A DNA stretch of 64,000 bases, taken from Myxococcota bacterium (lineage in GTDB: Bacteria > Myxococcota_A > UBA9160 > UBA4427). The stretch spans positions 110,927 to 174,926 of the forward strand of contig CBDCWV010000010.1 of NCBI GenBank assembly GCA_965223565.1, in the 5' to 3' direction. Both the position numbers and the translations under genes were made by a program. Under the pieces are notes generated by a model. That model was not told the DNA's origin. It made no database searches and saw nothing but the letters and a program-made list of their open reading frames with translations. The stretch's first letter is position 1, and every line of letters begins with the position of its first letter. Below, one piece after another: positions 8,928 through 18,396 of this stretch.

Positions 8928-10165
8928 ACGAGACGACGACGGCGGTCGAACGGAGCGGCGTCTTTCTCGCGCCCTATCACGCCGACGACGAGAGCCCGAC
9001 GCTCCAGGTTCGACGCGACCTCGAGCTGGCCGAGCGGCTCGATGCGCTCGGCTACGACGAGCTCTGGATCGGAGAGCACCACTCGGCGTCCTTCGAATCG
9101 ATCGCATCACCGGAGCTCTTCATCGCCGCGGCAGCGGAGCGCACCCGACGAATCCGGCTCGGTACGGGTGTCGTGTCGCTGCCCTATCACCACCCCTTCA
9201 TGGTGGCTGAACGGATCCGCCAGCTCGACCATCAGACCTGGGGTCGCGTGCTCTTCGGTGTGGGTCCGGGACAGCTGCCGTCCGACGCGCACATGTTGGG
9301 GATCGACGTGGCGCGCCAGCGCGAGCGCATGCTCGAGTCGCTCGAGGTCGTGATCGCACTGCTACGCGGAGAGTCGGTGACGCGCAAGACCGAGTGGTTC
9401 GAGCTGCGGGATGCGCGCCTCCAGCTGCGTAGCTTCAGCCGACCGGAGGTAGAGATGGCGGTCGCCGCGGCGGTCTCGCCGTCGGGGCCACGCGCGGCCG
9501 GTCGCTTCGGAATCGGCATGCTCTCGATGGCTGCGACCAGCGGCGAGGGCTTCGACCTGCTGCCCGCCCATTGGGCGGTCTGCGAGCAGCTGGCGGCCGA
9601 GCACGGGCAGACCGTGGATCGACGAAATTGGCGCCTCGTCGTACCGATGCACCTGGCCGAGTCCCGTGCGCAGGCCGAGGCAGACCTGCACCACGGCCTG
9701 CTGAAGCTCGTGCGCTATTTCGTGAAGCTCGGGGCCGAGGATCTCGGATCGATCACGACGCTCGACGCTGCGATCGAGCAATGGCGGGAGCGGGGCCTGA
9801 CGCTGCTCGGGCGTGCGGTGATCGGAACGCCCGACGACGCGGTCGAGCGGATCCGGCAGCTGCAGGCACAATCGGGCGGCTTCGGGACGATCCTGCTGCT
9901 GGCGCACGATGCGGCAGATCCGCGGGCAACCGCTTCGAGCTACGACCTCTTCGCGCGCTACGTCATGCCCGCGCTCAGGGACGAGAATCGCCTGCGGCAC
10001 GAGAGTCTCGACTGGTTCGAGCGACACAGCCACGAGATCGTGGGTGGTCTGCGCAAGGCGATCGGCGAGACCGTCGAGGCGCACGAACGCGAGCGTCGCG
10101 AGCGGGGGGAGGGCGTTGCGTGGGGCGACGCGCGCGATCTGCTCGTCGGCAAGGACGAAGATTGA
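8924..10165 (+). CDS. LLM-class flavin-dependent monooxygenase (limonene monooxygenase-like)
   Basis: WIGEHHS, LGTGVVSLPYHHPF, GVGPGQLPSD. ATGA overlap with upstream gene. Confidence 0.88.
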   Translation: MNETTTAVERSGVFLAPYHADDESPTLQVRRDLELAERLDALGYDELWIGEHHSASFESIASPELFIAAAAERTRRIRLGTGVVSLPYHHPFMVAERIRQLDHQTWGRVLFGVGPGQLPSDAHMLGIDVARQRERMLESLEVVIALLRGESVTRKTEWFELRDARLQLRSFSRPEVEMAVAAAVSPSGPRAAGRFGIGMLSMAATSGEGFDLLPAHWAVCEQLAAEHGQTVDRRNWRLVVPMHLAESRAQAEADLHHGLLKLVRYFVKLGAEDLGSITTLDAAIEQWRERGLTLLGRAVIGTPDDAVERIRQLQAQSGGFGTILLLAHDAADPRATASSYDLFARYVMPALRDENRLRHESLDWFERHSHEIVGGLRKAIGETVEAHERERRERGEGVAWGDARDLLVGKDED

Positions 10166-10242
10166 TCTGCAGGCCGCGCTGGCTCGCGTGCGCCGCTGGG
10201 GCTGAACGATTCGCGGAGAGATTCGCGCAGAAGAGGGGACTC

Positions 10243-11577
10243 ATGCGTCGATTCGTCGTTGCGCTTCTCATGGGCTCGATCGCCCTGGCGGGCTGTCAGG
10301 CACGCGCGCCGCGTGAAGACGCTCTCCGCGGCTTCTCCGCCGATCGCCTCGGACGCGTGACCGAGCGATTGCAGCGCCACGTCGAGGCGGGGGCGATCGC
10401 AGGCGTCGTGGCCCTCGTCGCGCGGGACGATCGGATCGTGCATCGCACCGTCCTCGGCGATCGCGACCGTGAGGCCGAGCTCGCCATGCAGGCCGATACG
10501 ATCTTTCGCGTCTACTCCATGTCGAAGCCGATCACGAGCGTGGCCGCGTTGATTCTCGTGGAGGAGGGGCGGCTGCGGCTATCGGATCCGGTCGATCACT
10601 GGCTGCCCGAGCTGTCGAAGCCTCGGGTCCTGCTGAAGCCCGATGGTCCCCTCGACCAGACGCGGCCCGCCAAGGGGCCGATCACCGTGCGCGATCTCCT
10701 CACGCATACATCGGGCCTCGCCTACGACTTCACGAGTCAGGGCCCGCTCTCCGGAGCGCTCACCGAGCGCGGACTCCGCGGCAGCAGCGCGAAGCTCCCG
10801 CCCGACGAATACCTGAAACGACTGGGCGCGCTGCCGCTGCTATTCGACCCGGGCACGCGTTGGCACTACAGCCTGTCGACCGACGTGCTGGGCGTCCTCG
10901 TGGCACGCGCGTCGGGCATGTCGCTCCCCGATTTTCTGCGGAGCCGCATCTTCGAGCCGCTCGGCATGGTCGATACCGCGTTCTGGGTGCCCCCGGAGAA
11001 GCTCGATCGCTTCGCGGCCAACTACGCGTTCGACGACGAACGCGGCGAGCTCGTCCTGTTCGATGCGCCGGCGACCAGTGACTACCGGAACGAGCCCGCC
11101 TTTCCATCCGGCGGCGGCGGACTCGTTTCGACGGCCCGGGACTACCTGCGCTTCGCTCAGATGATGACCGGCGGCGGCGAGCTCGACGGCGTGCGGATCC
11201 TCTCGCCCGTCGGTCACAGGCTGATGACTACGAACGCACTCTGGCCCGGAGAACGCCCGGAATCCCCGTTCGGTGCGCGGTTCTTCCTCGCGGGTACGGG
11301 ATTCGGTCTCGGCGTCGCGGTGATCGAGGACCCGGGCATGGGGGTCCAATACGGCTCGATCGGCCTGAACGGCTGGGGTGGGGCGGCAGGCACCTGGTAC
11401 TGGTCGGATCCCATGGAGGGCATCTCCGCGGTCATGATGGTCCAGCGCATGAGCCAGGGGCCGGGCCCCGCGATCAGCCTCGACTTCCAGACCATGGTCT
11501 ATCAGGCCCTCGAAGTCCGCCGCGGCCCTGGCTTGCCGAGTCAGCCGGCGCCCAACAACGTGTCGACCGCGGAATAG
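10243..11577 (+). CDS. Serine hydrolase, beta-lactamase-related lipoprotein
   Basis: Lipobox ALAGC, YSMSKP (SxxK), LLTHTSG, WHYS, GWGGAAGT. Confidence 0.88.
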   Translation: MRRFVVALLMGSIALAGCQARAPREDALRGFSADRLGRVTERLQRHVEAGAIAGVVALVARDDRIVHRTVLGDRDREAELAMQADTIFRVYSMSKPITSVAALILVEEGRLRLSDPVDHWLPELSKPRVLLKPDGPLDQTRPAKGPITVRDLLTHTSGLAYDFTSQGPLSGALTERGLRGSSAKLPPDEYLKRLGALPLLFDPGTRWHYSLSTDVLGVLVARASGMSLPDFLRSRIFEPLGMVDTAFWVPPEKLDRFAANYAFDDERGELVLFDAPATSDYRNEPAFPSGGGGLVSTARDYLRFAQMMTGGGELDGVRILSPVGHRLMTTNALWPGERPESPFGARFFLAGTGFGLGVAVIEDPGMGVQYGSIGLNGWGGAAGTWYWSDPMEGISAVMMVQRMSQGPGPAISLDFQTMVYQALEVRRGPGLPSQPAPNNVSTAE

Positions 11578-12521
11578 GGGTCGACGTCCCCCGCACGCAG
11601 CGCATCGAGGATTGCCGCGCCGCCGCACGGCGCCTCGGCCAGCACCCGGGCTGCCGCGCGTTCGCGCAGCAGGTCGTGGAATACGCGTTCCCGTCGTCGG
11701 ATCGCCTTGCGTGCGAGCTGGCCGGAGGCCTCGAGATGACGCCTGTGTGCCTCGAGCAGATCGACGAGCTCTGCGATCCCCCGTGCACGCTCGGCCTCGG
11801 TCTTGACGATCGGCGGCGACCAGACGTCGACCGCCGACTCGTCGTTCGCGGCATCTCCGCCGCGAGCCGCAGGCGCTCTCAAGTGCAACATCGCCGTCAG
11901 CTGCTTGGCGACGCGGTCCGCGCCCGGGAGGTCCGCCTTGTTCACGATGAAGACGTCGCCGATCTCGAGGATGCCGGCCTTGATCGCCTGGATGTCGTCG
12001 CCCATGCCCGGAATGCTGACGACCGCCGTCGTGTGAGCGAGCTCGACGACATCGACCTCGTCCTGGCCGACACCAACGGTCTCGATCAGGACGACGTCGT
12101 ACCCCATCGCATCGAGCACCGTCGTCGCCTCGAAGCTCGCCCGCGCGAGTCCACCCAGCTGCCCGCGCGTGGCCATCGAACGGATGAAGACACCCGGATC
12201 GGTCGCGTGGGTCTGCATGCGCACACGATCGCCGAGGATCGCGCCGCCCGAGAAGGGACTCGACGGATCGACCGCGATCACGCCGACGCGGCGCTCGCGG
12301 CGCCGCAGCTCAGCCACGATCCGGTCGACGAGCGTCGACTTGCCCGCACCCGGCGGCCCGGTGATGCCGAGCAGGTGGGCCCGACCGGCGAAGGGCAGCA
12401 GCGCGCGAAGTCCGTCGATCGCGCCCGGCTCGCCCTCTTCGAGCATCCGGATCAGACGAGCGCCCGAGACCTGGTGTCCCTCACGCGCCTTCTCGGCCAG
12501 CACGATCGGATCGCGGCTCAC
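11541..12521 (-). CDS. meaB: Mutase-associated GTPase metallochaperone MeaB
   Basis: GPPGAGKST, DPSSPFSGGAILGDRVRM, ETVGVGQDE, NKAD. Confidence 0.93.
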   Translation of the reverse strand: MSRDPIVLAEKAREGHQVSGARLIRMLEEGEPGAIDGLRALLPFAGRAHLLGITGPPGAGKSTLVDRIVAELRRRERRVGVIAVDPSSPFSGGAILGDRVRMQTHATDPGVFIRSMATRGQLGGLARASFEATTVLDAMGYDVVLIETVGVGQDEVDVVELAHTTAVVSIPGMGDDIQAIKAGILEIGDVFIVNKADLPGADRVAKQLTAMLHLRAPAARGGDAANDESAVDVWSPPIVKTEAERARGIAELVDLLEAHRRHLEASGQLARKAIRRRERVFHDLLRERAAARVLAEAPCGGAAILDALRAGDVDPYSAVDTLLGAG

Positions 12522-12940
12522 GCCTCACGATCCTGAGCCCGTCGTTGGTCCCACCATTCGCGAATGAACGTCGCGATCTCCCCCGTATGCGCGCCCATCG
12601 TGAAGATCCGATCGACGCCCTGGGCTTCGAGTGCCTCGGCGTCTTCGTCGGGCACGACGCCGCCGACGACCACGAGCTTGTCGTCGATCTCCGCGTCGCG
12701 GAGGCGCTCGAGCACCTTGGGAATATGCTGCATGTGTGCGCCGGAGAGACTCGAGATGCCGACGACGTCCACGTCTTCCTGGATCGCGGCCTGGACCACC
12801 ATGTCGGGGGTCTGGCGCAAGCCCGTGTAGATCACCTCCATCCCGGCGTCGCGCAGGGACTGCGCGATCACGGTGACGCCGACCGTGTGACTGTCGAGTC
12901 CGAGCTTTGCGAGCAGGACCCGGATCTTGCGTTCGGCCAT
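12518..12940 (-). CDS. Cobalamin-binding small subunit of acyl-CoA mutase family
   Basis: AKLGLDSHTVG (DxHxxG), YTGLRQTP, SSLSGAH. Coupled to flanking genes by short overlaps. Confidence 0.93.
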   Translation of the reverse strand: MAERKIRVLLAKLGLDSHTVGVTVIAQSLRDAGMEVIYTGLRQTPDMVVQAAIQEDVDVVGISSLSGAHMQHIPKVLERLRDAEIDDKLVVVGGVVPDEDAEALEAQGVDRIFTMGAHTGEIATFIREWWDQRRAQDREA

Positions 12941-14682
12941 CAGACGCCCGAGGTGAGCGAGTCGGGATGGTAGACTCCGAACACCTCGCGCATCACATCG
13001 CAGATCTCGCCCTGGGTCGCGTAGGCCTTCACGGCCTCGAGGATCGGGGGCACGAGATTGTCGTCGCCGGTAGCGGCCTGGCGCACGCGGTCGAGGGTCT
13101 TTTGCACGAGCTCCTCGTCGCGATCGGCGCGCACACGCGTCAGCTGCGCGACCTGCTTGCGTTCCGCCTCCTGCCCGAGCTTGAAGACCTCGATCGAACG
13201 ATTCTCGTCCTGCTGGACGAGATGGTTCACACCGATCTGCTTGCGCGTTCCCTGCTCGATCTCCTGGTGGCGATCGCGCTGGGAGCGGGCGAGCTCCTTC
13301 TGGAAATAGCCCACCTCGATCGCGGCGAGCGCACCTCCCATCGCGTCGATCTTCTCGATCTCGGCCATCACCTCGTCTTCCATGCGCCGGGTCATCGATT
13401 CGAGCATGTAGGAGCCTGCGAGCGGATCGACCGTATCGGCGACGCCGGTCTCGTGCGCGACGATGTTCTGGACGGCGATCCCGACCCGCACGGCGTCCTC
13501 GCTGGGAAGGGCGTGGGCCTCGTCGTGGAGCGGCGTCGTGATCGCGTAGGCGCCGCCGCCGAGGGCGCAGGCGAGCGTCATGATGCCGAGTCGGGCGATG
13601 TTGTTGAGCGGCTGCTGGAGCGTCATGGCAGTCGTGCCCGGCGAGCTGATCAAGCGCAGCTGCATCGACTCGTGCTTCTGCGCGCCGTAGCGCTCCTTCA
13701 TCAGGCGCGCCCAGACCTTGCGGTAGGCCCTGAGCTTCGCGATCGCCTCGAAGAAATCCATCTCGAGGCCCGTCACGAAGCTCCAATAGGGCGCCACCTC
13801 GTCGATCTCGAAGCCGCGCGCAAGCGTGGCGTCGAGATATTCCATCGCGATCGCGAAGCCGAAGGCGAGCTCCTGCACGGGCGTTGCCCGGGCGGCGTAG
13901 ATCTGCGCGCTCACGACCGTGATCGGGATCCAGCTCGGATGATGACGGATGACGTACTCGATGCAGTCGGTCGCGATCCGCAATCCGTGCTTGGGCGGAT
14001 AGATGTAGCGACCGACGCAGGTGTATTCGATCAGGATCGCGTTGGACATCTGGAGCGTGAAGCTGGCCGGATCGATGTCCTTCTTTTCGAGCGCGGCCAG
14101 GATCATCGCGAGGTTGACGGGCTGCGGCGCATTGCAGACGGAATTCAGGTGCTGCAGCTTGTCCCAGGGCAGGTCGAGGGCCTTCTCCATGTCGGCGAGC
14201 GTGTCGACCGCCGTGCCTGCGCGCGCGACCTCGCCCTCGGCGAGCGGATGATCGGAGTCGTAGCCGTTCGTGGTCGGCAGGTCGTACTCGATGATGAAGC
14301 CGTTGAGTCCCTGCTCGAGCATCTTCGACCATCGCTCGGCCGAGTCGTCGGCCGTTCCGAAACCCGTCACCTGGAGCATCTTCCAGAAATCCTGGCGATA
14401 GCCGGCAGGCGTCGTGCCACGCGTGTAGGGGAACTGGCCGGGAAAGCCGAGATCCCGGGCGTAGTCGAAGTCGATCGCTGCGAGATCACGCGGCGTGTAG
14501 AGATCCTTGACCGGCCACTGCATCTGCTGCGTGACGAACTGCTTCTCGCGCTCCGGGTGCTCGGCGAGCGCCGGGTCGAGCACCTCGCGGCGCCACTTCG
14601 CCTCGGCCTCTTCGATCGCTGCGTCGTTCCTGTCCTCGCTCGGTCGATCGTCGGAGATCGCTTCGCGTTCTGCTGTGGCCAT
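12940..14682 (-). CDS. Methylmalonyl-CoA mutase family large (catalytic) subunit, highly divergent active site
   Basis: PGQFPYTRG, DLPT..GYDSDHP, YIYPP, QQPLNN, DEA.ALP, DPLAGSY. Specificity motifs are non-canonical. Confidence 0.9.
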   Translation of the reverse strand: MATAEREAISDDRPSEDRNDAAIEEAEAKWRREVLDPALAEHPEREKQFVTQQMQWPVKDLYTPRDLAAIDFDYARDLGFPGQFPYTRGTTPAGYRQDFWKMLQVTGFGTADDSAERWSKMLEQGLNGFIIEYDLPTTNGYDSDHPLAEGEVARAGTAVDTLADMEKALDLPWDKLQHLNSVCNAPQPVNLAMILAALEKKDIDPASFTLQMSNAILIEYTCVGRYIYPPKHGLRIATDCIEYVIRHHPSWIPITVVSAQIYAARATPVQELAFGFAIAMEYLDATLARGFEIDEVAPYWSFVTGLEMDFFEAIAKLRAYRKVWARLMKERYGAQKHESMQLRLISSPGTTAMTLQQPLNNIARLGIMTLACALGGGAYAITTPLHDEAHALPSEDAVRVGIAVQNIVAHETGVADTVDPLAGSYMLESMTRRMEDEVMAEIEKIDAMGGALAAIEVGYFQKELARSQRDRHQEIEQGTRKQIGVNHLVQQDENRSIEVFKLGQEAERKQVAQLTRVRADRDEELVQKTLDRVRQAATGDDNLVPPILEAVKAYATQGEICDVMREVFGVYHPDSLTSGV

Positions 14683-14781
14683 GGGTCTGGAGCTCCTGGC
14701 GCCGGTGGGGCGGTCCTCTGGGGCGGATCGAAGGCGCCCGGGACGAGAGAGCGCCACCTGGAATATCGCTGGCTGGCCAGC

Positions 14782-14804
14782 AAAAACAACCTAGAGTTGC
14801 TTTT
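14782..14804. promoter_or_regulatory. Putative TetR operator (imperfect inverted repeat)
   Basis: AAAAACAAC-CTAGA-GTTGCTTTT. AT-rich palindrome abutting the TetR ATG, between divergent genes. Confidence 0.6.
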
Positions 14805-15482
14805 ATGTCCGGGCATGTCGTACCGACGCGAGCCGATGGGGACCTCGAACGCGCCAACGCGCGTGCGCCTGCGACGGCACGCGCACGACGGCGTCCTGGG
14901 GGTCGCAGCGCGCGGGTGCGCGAGGCGATCCTCACGGCGACGCTCGAGCTGCTCGCGAGCGAGGGATTCGCCGGGGTCAGCCTACCGGGCGTCGCGCGTC
15001 GCGCCGGCGTCAACAAGACGACGGTCTACCGCGGCTGGTCCACGCCTCAAGCGCTCGTCCAGGAGGCGCTCGCCGGCTTCGAGGCCCTGGCTCTACCCGA
15101 TATCGATACGGGAAGCTGGGAGGGCGACGTCGAGGCCTTCGCCCTGGCGCGGCTGAAGCTGATCCGCGATCCGCTCGCGGCCGGAATCCTGCGGGCCGTG
15201 ATCGCGATCGGTCCGGGCGACGCGACGCGCGCCGCCTGGGTGGAGGGCTTCTGGGCACCGCTCGAGCGCGCCTGGCGCTCGCCGGTCGAACGCGCGATCG
15301 AACGCGGCGAGCTGGCCGTGTCGGCGCGCAGTGTGCCGCTCGTCGAGCTCGTCGCCGGCCCGCTCCTCCTGAGTCATCTCGCGACGGAGAAGCCACTCGA
15401 GCGACACGAGGTCGCGGCATTGGTCGCCACGATCGCGGCCGGTGTGCGGGTGGTCCACGGCCGTGAGCAGGTCGCCCGCTGA
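14805..15482 (+). CDS. TetR/AcrR family transcriptional regulator
   Basis: RRPGGRSARVREAIL, HTH VARRAGVNKTTVYRGW, C-terminal PDIDTGSWEGD. Confidence 0.9.
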   Translation: MSGHVVPTRADGDLERANARAPATARARRRPGGRSARVREAILTATLELLASEGFAGVSLPGVARRAGVNKTTVYRGWSTPQALVQEALAGFEALALPDIDTGSWEGDVEAFALARLKLIRDPLAAGILRAVIAIGPGDATRAAWVEGFWAPLERAWRSPVERAIERGELAVSARSVPLVELVAGPLLLSHLATEKPLERHEVAALVATIAAGVRVVHGREQVAR

Positions 15483-15545
15483 CTCGGGCGGCCGCCTCGC
15501 GGAGTGAGAATCGACCGACGATTCGGCACCCGCCGAGGGCCGCGA

Positions 15546-16316
15546 CTAGCGATCCGCCGAAGACATCCGTTCGAGCTCCGAGTAGCCCGGCAGCTGCGAC
15601 AGGTCCGGGACGACGACGATCTCGATCCGACGATTCTGCCGACGGTCCTCGGCCGTGTCGTTCGACGCGATCGGCATCGTCTCTCCGTAGCTGACCGCAC
15701 TGACGCGCTTCGGATCCATCCCACGATCGACCATCAGGCGCACGACGGAGATCGCTCGCGCCGCCGCCAGCTCCCAGTTCGACGGAAAGGTGGCCGTGCG
15801 GATCGGCACGTTGTCCGTATGACCCTCGATCTGGTAGCGCCGATCGGCCAGGTCCGAGAGCAGGCCGCTCACCTCTTCGATCGCTGCCTTGCCGTCCTTC
15901 GATAGACGCGCCGAGCCGGAGCCGAACAGGACGTCGGTCTGCATCTGAACGACCATGCGGCCGTTGATCACGCTGACCGTGAGCTTGCCCGCGTCGACCA
16001 TGGCGCGGAATTTCTCCGTCAGCTCCCGGAACTGAGTGATGCGACGCTCGGCCTGCTGCTCGCGCTCGCGTAGATCCGCGAGTGCGCGTTCGGTCTCGGA
16101 GAGGTCTCCCGCGAGCTGATCGCGGCGATTCGCGGTCTGTGCAAGGCTCGCCTGGAGCGACTCGATTTGGGACCGCGCGTCCGCGAGCTCGCGTTTCGTC
16201 TTGGCGTGAGCCAGGTCGAGCTCCGTATACCGGCCGGAGCTGACGCAGCCCGCGAGACTGCTCGCGAGCAGGAGCCCGGCGAAGAGCCCGACCGCCGATC
16301 GAAGATGCTGGTGCAT
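15546..16316 (-). CDS. OmpA/MotB-family lipoprotein with coiled coil
   Basis: Lipobox SLAGC, DVLFGSGSA, IEGHTD, NWELAAARA, QNRRIEI. Confidence 0.88.
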   Translation of the reverse strand: MHQHLRSAVGLFAGLLLASSLAGCVSSGRYTELDLAHAKTKRELADARSQIESLQASLAQTANRRDQLAGDLSETERALADLREREQQAERRITQFRELTEKFRAMVDAGKLTVSVINGRMVVQMQTDVLFGSGSARLSKDGKAAIEEVSGLLSDLADRRYQIEGHTDNVPIRTATFPSNWELAAARAISVVRLMVDRGMDPKRVSAVSYGETMPIASNDTAEDRRQNRRIEIVVVPDLSQLPGYSELERMSSADR

Positions 16317-16614
16317 TCTGTAGTTCCCCCGGCGGCAGAGAATCGAACACCCGCACGTGCGTCGCAATCCGGAGATCCCCACGCTCGCCCAAGCGTCGCA
16401 TCGCGAATCCGCGGCCTGTAGATTCACGTTTCCCGAAAAGAATCGAGGTTGCGCTTGGACCGCTCGATCGCGCTGATCCTCCGCCTGTTCTGCCTGGGCC
16501 AGCTCTTCGAGTGTGTCCGGCCTTTCACGAGGGTGCGTCGAACGACCCGGTCGCGTACCGCGAGGCACACCGAGACCATCTCGGCGTATCGGAGGTCCTG
16601 CACGGCGGACGGGG

Positions 16615-17100
16615 TCATCGATCGAGCTCGGGCGCGGCAGCCCACCAGGCGCCGACCAGACAGCCGATCGCGAGTGCGGAAGCCAGGACGTGAAGTCCCT
16701 GCGCGATCGCTTCGCAGGATTCCAGCAGACCCCAGCGACCGAGTAGCCAGTTCCAGTCGTGAATGTGACCGCCCACGAGGGGAAGGGCCTGTGCCTGCGC
16801 ATCCCCCAGGTATCGCGCCGCATACATCATGCTCTCTGCCAGCCAGATGCCCATCAACCAGGCAGCGAAGAGCTGTCGTGTCGCGACGAACTGGACGGCA
16901 CAGGCGACGGGAAAGAAGAGCTGACCGATCGTGCCGCCCAGAAACTGCGCGGTCTCGCCGAAGAAGGCGAAAAAGACGTGGCCCGCCTCGTGGAAGAGCA
17001 GATTCACCCCGTCCAGGAAGTGGTATTCGTAGGCGAAGACCAGCCAAGCGACGTAGGCGAGGACGGGAAGCAGGAAGGCGCGTTTCGCCGAGATCGACAC
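16615..17100 (-). CDS. Small membrane protein with HExxH motif (peptidase M50B-like)
   Basis: Hydrophobic helices, LLFHEAGHVFF, GHIHDWNWLL. Confidence 0.7.
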   Translation of the reverse strand: MSISAKRAFLLPVLAYVAWLVFAYEYHFLDGVNLLFHEAGHVFFAFFGETAQFLGGTIGQLFFPVACAVQFVATRQLFAAWLMGIWLAESMMYAARYLGDAQAQALPLVGGHIHDWNWLLGRWGLLESCEAIAQGLHVLASALAIGCLVGAWWAAAPELDR

Positions 17101-18339
17101 CTAGCGGACGAGTCCCCGTGCGAGCAGGTCGTCCGCGATGAAGCGCGAAGCGAAGTCGTGGGCCGTCTCGTTCCAATGCCCTGTGCCCATCCGGGTGTTC
17201 TCGAAGCCGTGCAGATAGACGTTCTGCTCCGTGGCAACTCGCTGGAGGCGTTCCGTCAAGCCGATCATGTGGAAGCCGTGACGCTCGGCGATCGCTCGCA
17301 GGCGACGCTCGGGATAGAGGAGGTCCGGCGCGCCGAGATCCCGAGCGAGTCTCTCGCGTCGTGCCGCGTCCGGATCGACCGCCGCCTGGGACGTGATCGA
17401 AACGACGACGAAGGGCGCGCCGACCGCCTGTGCTTCGCGATTGATCTCGCCGAGCAGTGCCTCGGTCAGTCGCCAGGCTCGCTGCCACTCCTCGGTCGCG
17501 GGCGGCAGGAATTGGGTGTCGGTCGTACCGAGCTCGGGCCGGGTGTCCGCCTTGGCGGTCTCTTTCGTCGCGGTTCTCCCGACCTCCCGCACAGCCGACT
17601 CGTCGTCGGCCGCTACGGCCTCCGCGCTCTCGTGCTCGGCCTGAAGACGACGGATCGCGATCTGTCTCCGAAGCTGATTCACGACCTCGAGAATTCGGGA
17701 GTGGTGCGTCGCGCTCAGCAGGAAGCGTCGTCGCAGACTCCCGAGGCTCCACTCACGAAAGGACGAATCGAGCACGAGCTTTCCCTCCTCCAGCGAGTAG
17801 AAAGGACGAAAGCGCTCGCCCCTCAAGCGAATGCTCAGGCTCTTCGTGTTGTTGACGAGATCATTTCCCCCGTAGAATCCCAGCAGGACGAGGTCGGGCT
17901 CGAAGCGCGAGGCGTCGCGGCGTAGGGTGATCAGCTCTTCGGCCTGTCCGTAGCCACCGATTCCGAAGTTCAGGACCTCGATACGGCGTCCGTCGCTTCG
18001 CTCGTCTGCGTTCAGGCGATGCTCGAGTCGCTTCCAGTAGGTGTCTTCGATCTCGACCTGCCGCGCCTCGGTAAACGAGTCGCCTAGCACGGCGATCCGA
18101 AACACCCCCTCGGGCTTCTCGAGGTCATGCTCGACGTCGCGATAGCCATACTGGTTGATCGCAAGATTCGAATAGCCCTCGCGATCGTAGATCCCCTTCT
18201 TCCCCGGCTCGAGCGCGACGGCCCGGTCGTGATCGTAGGCGTCGAAGATCGGAAACGTCACGCCTGCGAGGCGAAGCCCGATCTCGACGATCGCGACACC
18301 GACGAGCAGAAGAACGATCCGCGCGAGAGCTACCTTCAC
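17101..18339 (-). CDS. SGNH/GDSL hydrolase family, membrane-anchored
   Basis: N-terminal TM, LGDSFTE, NFGIGGYG, GGNDL, GHWNETAH. Confidence 0.85.
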   Translation of the reverse strand: MKVALARIVLLLVGVAIVEIGLRLAGVTFPIFDAYDHDRAVALEPGKKGIYDREGYSNLAINQYGYRDVEHDLEKPEGVFRIAVLGDSFTEARQVEIEDTYWKRLEHRLNADERSDGRRIEVLNFGIGGYGQAEELITLRRDASRFEPDLVLLGFYGGNDLVNNTKSLSIRLRGERFRPFYSLEEGKLVLDSSFREWSLGSLRRRFLLSATHHSRILEVVNQLRRQIAIRRLQAEHESAEAVAADDESAVREVGRTATKETAKADTRPELGTTDTQFLPPATEEWQRAWRLTEALLGEINREAQAVGAPFVVVSITSQAAVDPDAARRERLARDLGAPDLLYPERRLRAIAERHGFHMIGLTERLQRVATEQNVYLHGFENTRMGTGHWNETAHDFASRFIADDLLARGLVR

Positions 18340-18396
18340 TTCGTCCCCCGGACCCCACGATCTCCTCGGGCACTCTAGGCGTTGGTCGAGTCGGCG

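Noticed and set aside
9571-11577. Possible fusion upstream of the serine hydrolase; likewise the 821-aa P450 ORF at 28300..30765
   Set aside because: The extensions overlap other genes in different frames or strands; internal starts with RBS or signal peptide fit better.
11541-11577. 37-bp convergent overlap of meaB and the serine hydrolase
   Set aside because: Short tail-to-tail overlaps are common in high-GC genomes.
12907-15156. 749-aa plus-strand ORF and similar long ORFs (1538..2770, 32053..34677, 37992..39752, 43484..44425)
   Set aside because: Antisense shadows of well-supported genes, expected at high GC; no motifs.
16424-16618. 64-codon ORF with ATGA overlap after the HExxH gene
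   Set aside because: Arg-rich with no recognisable motif; chance overlap cannot be excluded.
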